Shown here: in pieces, positions 47,860-57,344 of the stretch | Layout of the letters: each line of letters starts with the position of its first letter | Position numbering within the stretch: position 1 is the first letter of the stretch | Notes under the pieces: generated by a model | What the model was told of the DNA's origin: nothing | Databases searched by the model: none | The model's input: only the letters and a program-made list of their open reading frames with translations | Made by a program: the position numbers and the translations under genes | Assembly: GCA_016875535.1 (NCBI GenBank) | Contig: VGPF01000004.1 | Coordinates: forward strand, 1,588-65,587 | Reading direction: 5' to 3' | Origin: Chloroflexota bacterium | GTDB lineage: Bacteria; Chloroflexota; Dehalococcoidia; SHYB01 | Length of the DNA: 64,000 nt

Positions 47860-47933
47860 TGCCCCGTTGTGTAGCGGTAGCACAGAGGACTTTGGATCCT
47901 TTAGCCCTGGTTCGAATCCAGGCGGGGCAGCCA
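47860..47933 (+). tRNA. tRNA-Gln (anticodon TTG)
   Basis: Manual fold: U1:A72 (as in bacterial tRNA-Gln). 3-bp D-stem. Anticodon stem GAGGA/TCCTT with loop CT-TTG-GA. T-arm CCTGG-TTCGAAT-CCAGG. Encoded CCA. Confidence 0.8.
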
Positions 47934-48028
47934 TTCCACTCGCTTCGCTCGCTCATGGCTTCCAGCCGCGGAAAGCGAGTCGAATGCACTGAGCGACGAG
48001 CGTGAGCGAGGAGCCGAAGGGTATCAAC

Positions 48029-48301
48029 ATGTCCTATACCATCTACGTGCTTCGTTTTGCGGACAACAGTCTGTATATCGGTCAGACAGGCAACTTACAG
48101 GCCCGATTGCGAGAGCATTTGCACGGCGCATCAAAAGGGGCGAAGTTCACAAGAGAGCACGGTAATTTTCAGCTTGCATACCAGGAGAGGTATCAGACCA
48201 GAACAGCGACAATGGAAAGAGAACAGCAGCTCAAGAGGTGCACAAGGGCAAAGAACGAAGCCTTGATTTCTGGAGTTCTGGAATTGCTAAGACGACTCTG
48301 A
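48029..48301 (+). CDS. GIY-YIG nuclease family protein
   Basis: YTIYVL...LYIGQTGNLQARLREH motif. Confidence 0.75.
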   Translation: MSYTIYVLRFADNSLYIGQTGNLQARLREHLHGASKGAKFTREHGNFQLAYQERYQTRTATMEREQQLKRCTRAKNEALISGVLELLRRL

Positions 48302-48526
48302 AGCGATCGCCCCTTGCTCCCTCTAACGACTAGCACTAGGCCTTGGCTGATTCGCCTCCGCCGTGAGTTCAAGAAGGCAGGCCGTTTCACCTGGCCTCGC
48401 ACATCGGCCTACCCATGCATCGCGCTGAACGTGCCCGCTAGTCCCACCCACCGCCGCGCCATTGACGGAGCGCCGGCTTGGCTCTATGCTGGTCATACCA
48501 AAGTATGATTTAGGTATGAATCCAGT

Positions 48527-48799
48527 ATGAACAGGACAGAAAAAGTCGCCATCAGCATCCCAAAGGACCTCTACCGTTGGGTTGAGCGCCAGCGCCGCGC
48601 GAAGGGGCAATCGCGCAGCGAGTTCTTCTGCAAGGCGCTGGAAGAAGCACTGCATCGGGACGCCGAATCTGCGCGTGAGGAGCAATATCGCACCGCCTAC
48701 CTCCGGAGCAAGGGCAAAGGTGACGAGGTGCCGTGGGCGGCCGCCACTGCGCCATCGGCATTCCGAGATTCGCCATGGCGTGCAGGTGACAAACAGTGA
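48527..48799 (+). CDS. Ribbon-helix-helix (CopG/MazE-like) antitoxin
   Basis: RHH N-terminus (KVAISIPKDLYRWVE). ATGA overlap with the downstream toxin gene. Confidence 0.65.
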   Translation: MNRTEKVAISIPKDLYRWVERQRRAKGQSRSEFFCKALEEALHRDAESAREEQYRTAYLRSKGKGDEVPWAAATAPSAFRDSPWRAGDKQ

Positions 48800-49113
48800 A
48801 GCGCGGCGAAGTCTGGTGGGCGAACATCCCGGCTCCGATCGGTAGCAGGCCCGTCGTGCTGCTCTCCCGCGATGTCGCCTACGAGGTGCGCGATTCCATA
48901 ACCGTCGCTCCGATAACCACCAGGATCTATGGCATCCCGGCCGAAGTTCTACTCGGTCAGGCCGATGGCCTGCCCGAGCGGTGTGTCGCAAACCTGGACA
49001 ACATCGCTACGATCGAGAAGGCTTGGCTTGACCGGTATATCACCACCCTCATCCCTGAAAAGGCGGCCGCCGTGAATAAGGCCATCCGCTTCGCCCTCGC
49101 CCTTCGCGATTGA
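48796..49113 (+). CDS. MazF/PemK family toxin (mRNA interferase)
   Basis: RGEVWWANIP...GSRPVVLLS...APITT signature. Confidence 0.8.
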   Translation: MKRGEVWWANIPAPIGSRPVVLLSRDVAYEVRDSITVAPITTRIYGIPAEVLLGQADGLPERCVANLDNIATIEKAWLDRYITTLIPEKAAAVNKAIRFALALRD

Positions 49114-49182
49114 CGGGTGCTTCCATCCCTTCCACCCAGTTGCTTGCCCTGGTAAAGTGGTGCCACTCTCCAAGAGGCCTAC

Positions 49183-49830
49183 GTGGCGAACCAACAAGCA
49201 ATCGCTCTTCCCAACCTTGCCCCGCTCCGCAGGGAGCAGATCAATGAGGCGGCCTACATCCTGGGGCGCGCCTTCCAGACGGACGGCATGTTCATCTACG
49301 TCTTCCCGGATGAGCGCGCCCGCGCCCGCCATGTTCCCGTCATCATGAAGTCCGGCGTCACCTACGCCTTCACCTACGGCCAGGCGCACGTCACCCAGGG
49401 CGCTATCCACGGCGCCTCCGTCACCGCCGTCCATGGCCGCCCGGGTGCGCCGAGGCCCAAGCCCGGCAGGACCTACAAGCTGCGCCAGCTCATCACCCGC
49501 CTCAAGTACGGCCGCGAATCCTGGCGCCGCTATCAGCTCGCCTCCGCCGCCATCCGGGAGCTCCACGTGCGCAACATCAGCGGCCCGCACTGGTACCTCC
49601 TCCTCCTGGGCGTCAATCCTCCCCGGCAGGGAACCGGCCTCGGCGGCCTCTTGCTCAAAGAGCTCCTCGCGCGCGCGCACCGCGATAAGCTCCCCATCTA
49701 CCTGGACACCTTCAAGCGCGAGAACCTGAGCTTCTACCAGAAGTACGGCTTTGAAGTGAAGCAGCAGCTGAGCATAGACGGCGGCAAGGCGATGGCCTGG
49801 GCCATGGTTCGCCAGCCTAAACCGGCGTAA
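49183..49830 (+). CDS. GNAT family N-acetyltransferase
   Basis: Acetyl-CoA binding motif RQGTGLGGLLLKEL. Confidence 0.7.
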   Translation: MANQQAIALPNLAPLRREQINEAAYILGRAFQTDGMFIYVFPDERARARHVPVIMKSGVTYAFTYGQAHVTQGAIHGASVTAVHGRPGAPRPKPGRTYKLRQLITRLKYGRESWRRYQLASAAIRELHVRNISGPHWYLLLLGVNPPRQGTGLGGLLLKELLARAHRDKLPIYLDTFKRENLSFYQKYGFEVKQQLSIDGGKAMAWAMVRQPKPA

Positions 49831-49912
49831 TCGGCCTCCGCGCTTTAGCCTTCGGTCACCCTCCCCTTATCCGGTATAATGATTGCTTGGGTGCCTTGCG
49901 CCCATAACCGAC

Positions 49913-51040
49913 ATGGCTACCACCAAGCGCGACTACTACGAAGTCCTCGGCATCGAAAAGAACGCCTCGGAAGAGGACATCCGCAAGGCCTTCCGCAAGA
50001 AGGCCTTCGATCTGCATCCCGACCGCAACAAAGCGCCCGATGCCGAGGCGAAGTTCAAAGAGGTCAACGAGGCCTACGCGGTCCTGCGCGACCCGGAGAA
50101 GCGCGCCCACTACGACCGCTTCGGCCACGCGCGACCCGGCGCACAGGCGCCCAACGGCGACGACTTCGGCTTCGGCGGCTTCGGCGATATCTTCGACGCT
50201 TTCTTCGGCGGCGCCACAGGCGCCCGAGCGGGCCGCCGCAACGGCCCCATCCGCGGCGCGGACCTGGCGGCCACCATCGCGATTGATTTCGAAGAGGCGG
50301 CCTTCGGCGTGGAGAAGGAGTTCGAGATCAACCGCCTGGAGACGTGCGAGCGGTGCAAGGGCGCGCGCAGCGAGCCCGGCACCTCGCCGAGCCGGTGCGC
50401 CGCCTGCAACGGCTCGGGCGAGATCCGCCGCGTCCAGCGGAGCGTCTTCGGCCAGTTCGTGAACGTCGCCGCCTGCAGCGCCTGCCAGGGCATGGGCCAG
50501 GTGATCTCCAGCCCCTGCAAACAGTGCAAGGGCGCGGGGCGCGAGCGCAAGAAGCGCAACATCGGCGTGGCGATCCCGACGGGCGTCAGCGAAGATTCGC
50601 AGGTGCGCCTCACCGGGCAAGGCGAACCGGGCGTCAACGGCGGCCCCTCCGGCGATCTCTTCATCACGCTGAACATCGCCCCGCACCCCATCTTCGATCG
50701 CCAGGGCGACGACGTGCTCTACACCCTGCCGCTCAACATCGCCCAGGCAACCCTCGGCGCGGAGCTTGAGATCGGCGTCCTCCAGGGAAAGAAGACCGAG
50801 ATCAAGATTTCGCCGGGGACACAGCCCGGCACCGTCTTCCGGCTCAAGGGCCAGGGCGTCCCCCACCTGCGCGGCGGCGGTCGCGGCGATTTCCTGGTCA
50901 CGATAGACGTCGTCATCCCCAAGAGCCTGGATTCACACCAGCGCAAGCTTATGGAAGAGCTGCATAGGTCCCTCCCGAAGCCGGACGTCTCCAAAAAGGA
51001 CAAAGGCTTCTTCGAGCGCATCAAGGACGCCCTGGGTTAA
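49913..51040 (+). CDS. dnaJ: Molecular chaperone DnaJ
   Basis: J-domain HPD. G/F region. Four CxxCxGxG zinc-finger repeats. Confidence 0.9.
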   Translation: MATTKRDYYEVLGIEKNASEEDIRKAFRKKAFDLHPDRNKAPDAEAKFKEVNEAYAVLRDPEKRAHYDRFGHARPGAQAPNGDDFGFGGFGDIFDAFFGGATGARAGRRNGPIRGADLAATIAIDFEEAAFGVEKEFEINRLETCERCKGARSEPGTSPSRCAACNGSGEIRRVQRSVFGQFVNVAACSACQGMGQVISSPCKQCKGAGRERKKRNIGVAIPTGVSEDSQVRLTGQGEPGVNGGPSGDLFITLNIAPHPIFDRQGDDVLYTLPLNIAQATLGAELEIGVLQGKKTEIKISPGTQPGTVFRLKGQGVPHLRGGGRGDFLVTIDVVIPKSLDSHQRKLMEELHRSLPKPDVSKKDKGFFERIKDALG

Positions 51041-51058
51041 GGAGGAGGTTGAGGATTC

Positions 51059-51262
51059 ATGAAGCTTCGAGTAGTCCTGCAAAAGAGCGACGAGGGCGGG
51101 TACACGGTCTACGTTCCCTCGCTTCCCGGCTGTATCAGTGCGGGCGAGACGAAGAAGCAAGCCCTGGCGAACATCAGGGAGGCGATCGCCCTCTATCTTA
51201 AGCCCGCCGAAGACGATATGGTCGCGGCGGAGAAGGCTGAAGTGGTAGAGTTGGCGTTGTGA
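51059..51262 (+). CDS. HicB family antitoxin
   Basis: MKLRVVLQKSDEGGYTVYVPSLPGCISAGETKKQALANIREAIALYL matches the HicB/UPF0150 fold. Confidence 0.75.
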   Translation: MKLRVVLQKSDEGGYTVYVPSLPGCISAGETKKQALANIREAIALYLKPAEDDMVAAEKAEVVELAL

Positions 51263-51414
51263 CTGTTGTTCCCAGCCTTTCGTATCGGCTCATCGTCCGC
51301 GCCCTGTAACGAGACGGCTGGATCGTGGTCCGCCAGCGCGGCAGCTTCTCACGCAGTTTGATTCAGAAGTCAAGATTCCTGAATCGTCTTGCCTCCCGCC
51401 GCGCGATTCGCTAG
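51259..51414 (+). pseudogene. Decayed HicA toxin (in-frame TAA at 51307-51309; C-terminal half diverged)
   Basis: GTG overlaps the hicB stop. ...YRLIVRAL*RDGWIVVRQRGSF... parallels the HicA consensus LIkaLekdGWvlvRqkGSH, but has a stop codon and lacks the catalytic His. Confidence 0.55.
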
Positions 51415-51514
51415 ACTGGTTCCTGTGCACCCTTCCCATGGTGAGTCCGGCGAGGGCGTACCAATACAACTCGCGCTGTTCGAGATTTTCGAGGCCTTCT
51501 CCTACCCCGTTCCT

Positions 51515-52264
51515 ATGCCTCCCTCCCAGCGAACAACAAGCGCGAAGGCGACCCTGCGCGTCGGGCGCTCCACCATCCGCTACCAGGTGGTCCGCAGCCC
51601 CAAGCGCCGCCGCACGCTCCAGATCACCGTTGACCCCAGCGATGGCGTCATTGTGGCCGTGCCCATGCGCGCCTCCTGGAGTGATATCAACAGCTTTGTG
51701 AAGCAGAAGGCCCGCTGGATCCTCAAGACCGTCGGCGAGATGCGCAAGCGCGGGCGGCGGCGCGCCTTCGTCACCGGGGAGACGCTCCCCTATCTCGGCC
51801 GCCCGGCCAAGCTGGTGCTGGAAGCCAAGCCCGTGGCCGAAGTCTCCGTGACCCTGGAGGGCTGGCGCTTCCACGTGGGCGTGCCGGAGGAGCTGCGGGG
51901 CAAGCGCCGCCGCGAAGCCATCGTGGAGGCCTTCAAAGGCTGGTACACCAGGCACGCCTACGAGCCTATCGCCAACAGCCTCGCCAGGTGGTCGGAGGTC
52001 ATGGGCCTCAAGGCCAAGCGCCTCCTCATTCGCGATCAGCGCCAGCGGTGGGCCAGCTGCGCCAGGGATGGCACCCTCCGCTTCAACTGGCGCGTCGCCC
52101 TGATGGAGCCTTCGCTCATAGACTACATCGTCGTCCACGAGCTGGCGCACATCGCTGTGCCGAACCATTCGCAGCGGTATTGGCAGCGCGTCGCCAGGTT
52201 CATTCCGGATTTCACCGCCCGGCGCGCCAAGCTCCGCCAGGCAGGCCACCTCTTCACGATGTGA
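51515..52264 (+). CDS. M48-family / YgjP-like (DUF45) metal-dependent hydrolase
   Basis: HELAH zinc-binding motif near the C-terminus. Confidence 0.7.
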   Translation: MPPSQRTTSAKATLRVGRSTIRYQVVRSPKRRRTLQITVDPSDGVIVAVPMRASWSDINSFVKQKARWILKTVGEMRKRGRRRAFVTGETLPYLGRPAKLVLEAKPVAEVSVTLEGWRFHVGVPEELRGKRRREAIVEAFKGWYTRHAYEPIANSLARWSEVMGLKAKRLLIRDQRQRWASCARDGTLRFNWRVALMEPSLIDYIVVHELAHIAVPNHSQRYWQRVARFIPDFTARRAKLRQAGHLFTM

Positions 52265-52304
52265 CCCTCTTTGGGTGGAAGTTCACTTCTGCCCGCGCGC
52301 TTCT

Positions 52305-52350
52305 CCCTTGATGGGAGAGGAACTCGAGCGTAGCCCGAGAGGAGAGGGTG
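52305..52350 (-). repeat. Hairpin repeat element copy B (inverted orientation)
   Basis: Reverse complement of copy A with one mismatch. Confidence 0.8.
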
Positions 52351-52354
52351 TCTC

Positions 52355-53512
52355 TCAGTCCAGGTGGTAGACCCGCCGCGCATTCTCGTACACGATCTTG
52401 CGGCGCTCGTCCTCTGGCACGCCCTTCAGCGATTTGTCCACCGCCTGGTGGGAGAAGGGCCACGTGGTGTCCGTGTGCGGGTAATCGGACTCCCACAGGA
52501 TGTTTTCGACGCCGATGAGGCTGCGCGCGAAGATGCCGGCATAGTCTTCGATGAAGGCGACGTAGCACTGGCGGTGGAAGTAGCTGGAGGGCAGCTCCTT
52601 GATCTGGGCCTTCATCCAGAAGCGGTGACGGTTGAAGGCATGGTCGGCGCGCTCCAGGAAGTAGGGCACCCAGCCGATGCCGCCCTCCGATGAGACGCAG
52701 ACGAGCTTGGGATGCCGCGCCAGCAGTCCGCCCCAAACGATCCAGGCCAGGATGGAGAAGTTGGTGAGGGAGCTTTCCGTGAGGAAGACCTCCGCCTGGC
52801 CGGGCAGCGGGTCCTTGAGGAAGTTCGCCTGCTGGGTGCGTCCCCCGGCGATGTGGAGGTTGATGGGCAGGTTGTACTCTTCGCAGAGCGACCAGACGGG
52901 GTCGTACTGCGGGTGGACGATGGACTTGCACCCGGGGACTTCGGCGAGCCAGGCCGGGATGGAGAGGGACTTGATGCCGCGCTTGGCGATGCGCCGCAGC
53001 TCCGCCTCCGCTTCATCGGGGTCGTTCATGGGCAGGATGCCCAGGCCGATGAGCCGTCCCTTGCGCGGCCCCTGGTACTCTTCGATCAGCCAATCGTTGT
53101 AGGCCTGGAAGGAGAGGCGGCGCACCTCCGGGTCTGCGATCTGCATCAGCTTCTCGCCGCCGATGCCCGGGACAGAGGGGAAGGAGATCTGGGTGCGGAT
53201 GCCGTCCAGGTCCATATCTTTTACCCGGGCCGCCGGGTCGTAGCAGCCGGGGCGCATATCAGAGAACTTCTGCGCCTTGGCGGAATACTCCTCGAACTTC
53301 TTGCCCGCCTGGGCGTTGAGGCCGATGTTGGGGTAGACCTTCCCTTCGATCTGCCAGGATTCGGTGCCGTCCGCCGCGGGGACCACATGGGGGACCTTGG
53401 CCTTCAGCGCCCCCGTTGCCCGGGAGGTCCAGACGTGCGCCGGCTCGATGATATGGTCGTCGGCAGAGATGAGGTCAAGCTTTCCCCAGGGTTTCGTCGG
53501 GATATCCAGCAC
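52355..53512 (-). CDS. Amidohydrolase-2 family protein
   Basis: Same family as 36471..37628 (DDHIIEP...DYPH). Confidence 0.75.
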   Translation of the reverse strand: MLDIPTKPWGKLDLISADDHIIEPAHVWTSRATGALKAKVPHVVPAADGTESWQIEGKVYPNIGLNAQAGKKFEEYSAKAQKFSDMRPGCYDPAARVKDMDLDGIRTQISFPSVPGIGGEKLMQIADPEVRRLSFQAYNDWLIEEYQGPRKGRLIGLGILPMNDPDEAEAELRRIAKRGIKSLSIPAWLAEVPGCKSIVHPQYDPVWSLCEEYNLPINLHIAGGRTQQANFLKDPLPGQAEVFLTESSLTNFSILAWIVWGGLLARHPKLVCVSSEGGIGWVPYFLERADHAFNRHRFWMKAQIKELPSSYFHRQCYVAFIEDYAGIFARSLIGVENILWESDYPHTDTTWPFSHQAVDKSLKGVPEDERRKIVYENARRVYHLD

Positions 53513-53566
53513 GTGCCACCTCCGTAGTCAAAGGTCGGGTGCGGCTATTGTACCGCGCCGCAGCAA

Positions 53567-54244
53567 TCACGTGACGGCGTGCGCCAGGGAGGTGGCGGCA
53601 TCGTAGATGGCGTTGCTGAAGGCGCTGCCGCCCACCAGGAGCACGACGAGCAGGATGGGGATGCCGTAGGGCTCCAGCCGCCCGATATCGTTGGCGGTCT
53701 CCCGGGGAAGGATGCCCTGGAGGACCTTGAAGCCGTCCAGGGGCGGGATCGGGATGAGGTTGAAGATGGCCAGGGTGAGGTTGATGAGGACGGCGAAGCT
53801 GAGGGTGATGGAGAAGAAGGCGGTGCCGCTATAGGTGAGGAGATCCCAGCTCAGGCCGGGGAACCAGACGAGGTGGCCCAGCTTGAAGGGGATGGCCAAA
53901 AGGAAAGCAAGGGCGACGTTGGCAAGCGGCCCCGAGGCGGCGACGAGGGCCATGCCCCGGCGCGCCCCCGCCGTGAGGGCGTTGGGGTTCACCGGCACGG
54001 GCTTGCCCCAGCCGAAGCCGGCCAAGAGCATCATGAGGGTGCCCGCCGGGTCCAGGTGGCGAATGGGATTCAGCGAGACGCGCCCGAGCCGCTTGGCCAT
54101 GCTATCTCCCTGGAGGTGGGCGACGAGGGCGTGGCCGAACTCATGGATGGTGAGGCCGATGAGGAGCGACGGGATGATGACGACGATGAATGCGCCGAGG
54201 GCTTGGAAGAAGTCGTCGCGGTTGTTGAGGAGGTAGAGGACCAT
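53567..54244 (-). CDS. Site-2 protease family (M50) membrane metalloprotease
   Basis: HEFGHAL zinc motif in a TM helix, with a second downstream motif. Confidence 0.8.
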   Translation of the reverse strand: MVLYLLNNRDDFFQALGAFIVVIIPSLLIGLTIHEFGHALVAHLQGDSMAKRLGRVSLNPIRHLDPAGTLMMLLAGFGWGKPVPVNPNALTAGARRGMALVAASGPLANVALAFLLAIPFKLGHLVWFPGLSWDLLTYSGTAFFSITLSFAVLINLTLAIFNLIPIPPLDGFKVLQGILPRETANDIGRLEPYGIPILLVVLLVGGSAFSNAIYDAATSLAHAVT

Positions 54245-54312
54245 GGACTTACATGATACAGCAGGGCTCTGTATCAGAATCAGAGTTGTAAACCGATGGT
54301 CCGACAATCAAT

Positions 54313-54366
54313 CACCCTCTCCTCTCGGGCTTCGCTCGAGTTCCTCTCCCATCGAGGGCGAGGAGG
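54313..54366 (+). repeat. Hairpin repeat element copy C
   Basis: TCACCCTCTCCTCTCGGGCTTCGCTCGAGTTCCTCTCCCATCGAGGGCGAGGAGG. Confidence 0.8.
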
Positions 54367-55167
54367 ACTGGGGCGAGGTCTCCTTTAGGAGGGGGACTGC
54401 TCAGCGCGGCTTGCAGTGTCCCGGCGGATCGTCTGATTGTGTGTTCCGCGATCGTGGTTGGCGGATACGGCGTTGCGCAGACGGCCCAAGGTTCGAGGTG
54501 TCCCGGTGCCACCGGGGACTGCGAGGCTCGGCAGGGGCGCTGCGCACCTTGGAGAGATGCGCGCCGCCTCCGGCGTTTCTCCCTTGCGGGAGGACGGGCC
54601 CACCGAACGCCCAGCGACAGGTGTCTGCCGGCCAGCCTCGCGGGTGAGCCTACGGGAATCTACGAGGCGCATGCCTTGCGCCTCTTCGCCCCGCCCCGCT
54701 AACGGGGCGAGCGCTGTCTGCGAACGAAGACCTCCTTTGGGGCCTTGCCCCGGATATGCGGGTGGCCCTTAGGGCGCACCCCTACGGCGCATCCCTACCA
54801 GAATGTTCAGCCCGGCGGGTTGAACTCCGGAGGGCGTGCCTTTCGCCTCCCGATGGGATCGGGATCTCCGACGCCCTCTTATGAGGACGTCTTCGACCTA
54901 CCTTTCATTTCCTCTCCCTGTAATGCCTTGCCGCGCGAGGAGTCTTCGGCGGTTCGGCGCGCGCCCTACGCGTCGGGCTTACGCCGGCCACTGGGGCCGT
55001 CCACGCAACGCTGGACAAACAAAAAGGGGAAGCGTTCCGACCGAGGGCGCGGTTTCGCGCTCCTTCGAATCGTCACGCCTCCCCGGCTCGCTGTCCTGGC
55101 GAAGGCTTACAAGTGAATAATAGTCAGGTTGTGCGAGAGCGTCAAGAGCTTAGCTTCGTCCCTGGAG

Positions 55168-56322
55168 TCACGGGCGCTGGGAGAGGGGGATGTAGGGGAG
55201 GTCCATGGGGCCGACGTAGTGGGTGAGGGGGCGGATGAGGATGTTGTTTTCGAGCTGTTCGACGGCCTGGGCGGTCCAGCCGGGGACGCGGCCTGCGGCG
55301 AAGATGGGGACGAAGAGATCGGGCGGGAAGCCGTTGAGGTAGTAGATGACGCCGGCGTAGAAGTCCACGTTGACGTAGAGGCCGTGGCGACCCAGGGGCT
55401 TCATGGCCTCGACGACGGCTTCCAAGACGGCGTACCAGCGCGGCTCGTTGCGCTCGGCGCTGAGGCGCTTGACGCCTTCGCGGAGGTGCTTGGCGCGGGG
55501 GTCTTCGACGCGGTAGACGCGATGGCCGAAGCCGGTGATGCGCTTGCCTTCGGCGCGGAGGCGCTTCACGTAGGCCTCGGCATCCTCGGGGCGGCCGATC
55601 TCCATGGCCATCAGCATGACGTTTTCGGCGGCGCCGCCGTGGGCAGGCCCGGAGAGTGCGGCGATGGCGCCGACGACGGCGGCGTGGAGGTTGGCCTGCG
55701 TGCCGATGATGACTCGGGCGGCGAAGGCGGAGGCGTTGGGGCCGTGCTCGGCGTGGAGGATGAAGTCCACGTCCATGAGCCGGGCGGCATCGGCCGTGGG
55801 CTCGGCGCCGTGGAGCATGTAGAGCATGTTGGCGGCGTGAGAGAGGGTCTTGCTGGGCGCAACGGGGGCGCGGCCGTTCCGGATGGCGTGATGGGCCATC
55901 ATGATGACGGGGACCTGCGCGGTGAGTCGCGTGCCCTTGCGAATGGCGGCGGGGATGGAGCTGTCGCCGTTATCGGGGTCGAAGGCGCCCAGGGCAGAGA
56001 CGGCGGTGCGCAGGACGTCCATGGGGTGGGCGTGCTTGATGGTGCGGATGATATCGAGCACCTGAGGCGGAATCGCTCGCGCGGCCTTCAGCTCGGCATC
56101 GAAGGCAGCGAGCTCGGACTTGGAGGGCAGGCGTCCGTGGAGGAGGAGGTAGGACGTCTCTTCGAAGGTGGAATAGTTCGCCAGGTCGTCTATCGAATAG
56201 CCGCGATAGAGGAGCTTGCCGACCTTGCCATCTATGAAGGAGGCGCGGGTGCGGTCGAAGTAGACGCCATTGAGGCCGCGGTGGATGGGAATCCCGCCAG
56301 CCGAATCGCCGGATTGGGTCAT
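55168..56322 (-). CDS. Citrate synthase
   Basis: Full-length citrate synthase signatures (GFGHRVY, catalytic His and Asp). Confidence 0.9.
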   Translation of the reverse strand: MTQSGDSAGGIPIHRGLNGVYFDRTRASFIDGKVGKLLYRGYSIDDLANYSTFEETSYLLLHGRLPSKSELAAFDAELKAARAIPPQVLDIIRTIKHAHPMDVLRTAVSALGAFDPDNGDSSIPAAIRKGTRLTAQVPVIMMAHHAIRNGRAPVAPSKTLSHAANMLYMLHGAEPTADAARLMDVDFILHAEHGPNASAFAARVIIGTQANLHAAVVGAIAALSGPAHGGAAENVMLMAMEIGRPEDAEAYVKRLRAEGKRITGFGHRVYRVEDPRAKHLREGVKRLSAERNEPRWYAVLEAVVEAMKPLGRHGLYVNVDFYAGVIYYLNGFPPDLFVPIFAAGRVPGWTAQAVEQLENNILIRPLTHYVGPMDLPYIPLSQRP

Positions 56323-56378
56323 GCAGCCTCTCTCAACAAGGGGGCTTTGCCCCAAAAGTCATTAAGTTGTCGTTGTGC

Positions 56379-56447
56379 CCCCTCACCTCTCGGGAAGCAT
56401 CGGAATGCTTCTCGAGTTCCTCTCCCCCGATGGGGCGAGGGACGAGG
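56379..56447 (+). repeat. Hairpin repeat element copy D (variant with internal AAGCAT-cgga-ATGCTT palindrome)
   Basis: CCCTCACCTCTCGGG...CTCGAGTTCCTCTCCCCCGATGGGGCGAGGGACGAGG. Confidence 0.7.
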
Positions 56448-56616
56448 TGTGAGTTGCCAGCAACGTCTATTTTTGAGGCAAGTCCCCACAAAGGCCTGAG
56501 GGCATCATACCGCAGAGGGCGGGGGCGTATCAGTCGTGAAGGAACTGCAAGGGGGCGTTTTCCGGTTCGTTCCAGGAGTAGCAGGGCGACGGCGACAATT
56601 CGGCGAAGGCTTTGGG

Positions 56617-57102
56617 TTATTCGCGGAAGTTGACGTATTGCAAGGGCTGATTGAGCTTGAGGGACTTGACGAGGGCGATGGCGGACTGAAGGTCGTCGCG
56701 CTTTTTGCCGGTGACGCGAAGCTCTTCGCCCTGGATGGAGGCCTGGACTTTGATGCCGCTATCCTTGACGGCCTTGGCGATCTTCTTGCCCAGCTCCTGG
56801 GGGATGCCTTGCTTCACCACGGCGGGCTGTCGCACGGTGCCGCCGGCCGCCGGCTCGACGGTCTTGAAATCGAGGGCGGCGAGCTCGATGCCTCGGCGCA
56901 CCAGGTATTTGGCGAAGACTTCCTTGAGCTGTTTCAGCTTGAACTCATCGGCGGTGGCGAGGGTGAGGCTGAGCTTATCGCGGTCTATGGAGAACGTGGT
57001 GTCCTTGAAATCGTAGCGTTCGCCCAGCTCGCGCCGGACGCCGTTGATGGCGTTGTCTACCTCATCGAGGTTGGTGCGGGAGACGATGTCAAAGGAGGGC
57101 AT
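56617..57102 (-). CDS. YajQ family (UPF0234) nucleotide/c-di-GMP-binding protein
   Basis: MPSFDIVS...full-length similarity to YajQ. Confidence 0.8.
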   Translation of the reverse strand: MPSFDIVSRTNLDEVDNAINGVRRELGERYDFKDTTFSIDRDKLSLTLATADEFKLKQLKEVFAKYLVRRGIELAALDFKTVEPAAGGTVRQPAVVKQGIPQELGKKIAKAVKDSGIKVQASIQGEELRVTGKKRDDLQSAIALVKSLKLNQPLQYVNFRE

Positions 57103-57225
57103 GAACAGTTTCCCTGGGGAAGGTGTGGGAACCATGATAGCAGGTTGGGCGGTGCATCCGGCGAATCATTGCTATACTGCGTCACCTGGGGAACGTGCTC
57201 AAGCTGGTGCTTAAGCCAGGGAAAA

Positions 57226-57282
57226 TCACCCTCTCCCTTCGAGGGACTCAGGACAAGCTCTCTCCCATCAAGGGAGAGGAGG
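57226..57282 (+). repeat. Hairpin repeat element copy E (variant)
   Basis: TCACCCTCTCCCTTCGAGGGA...CTCTCCCATCAAGGGAGAGGAGG. Confidence 0.7.
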
Positions 57283-57344
57283 TCAAAGAAGCATCACTCC
57301 CTTGGCGCGCTTTGGCCGGGGAGCTTACGGAGCGGCAGGTGGCT

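Noticed and set aside
57195-57344. N-terminal 50-codon extension of the CoA-transferase ORF (MLKLVLKPGKITLSLRGTQDKLSPIKGEE...).
   Set aside because: It is encoded by repeat copy E. The conserved transferase sequence begins at the internal ATG 57345.
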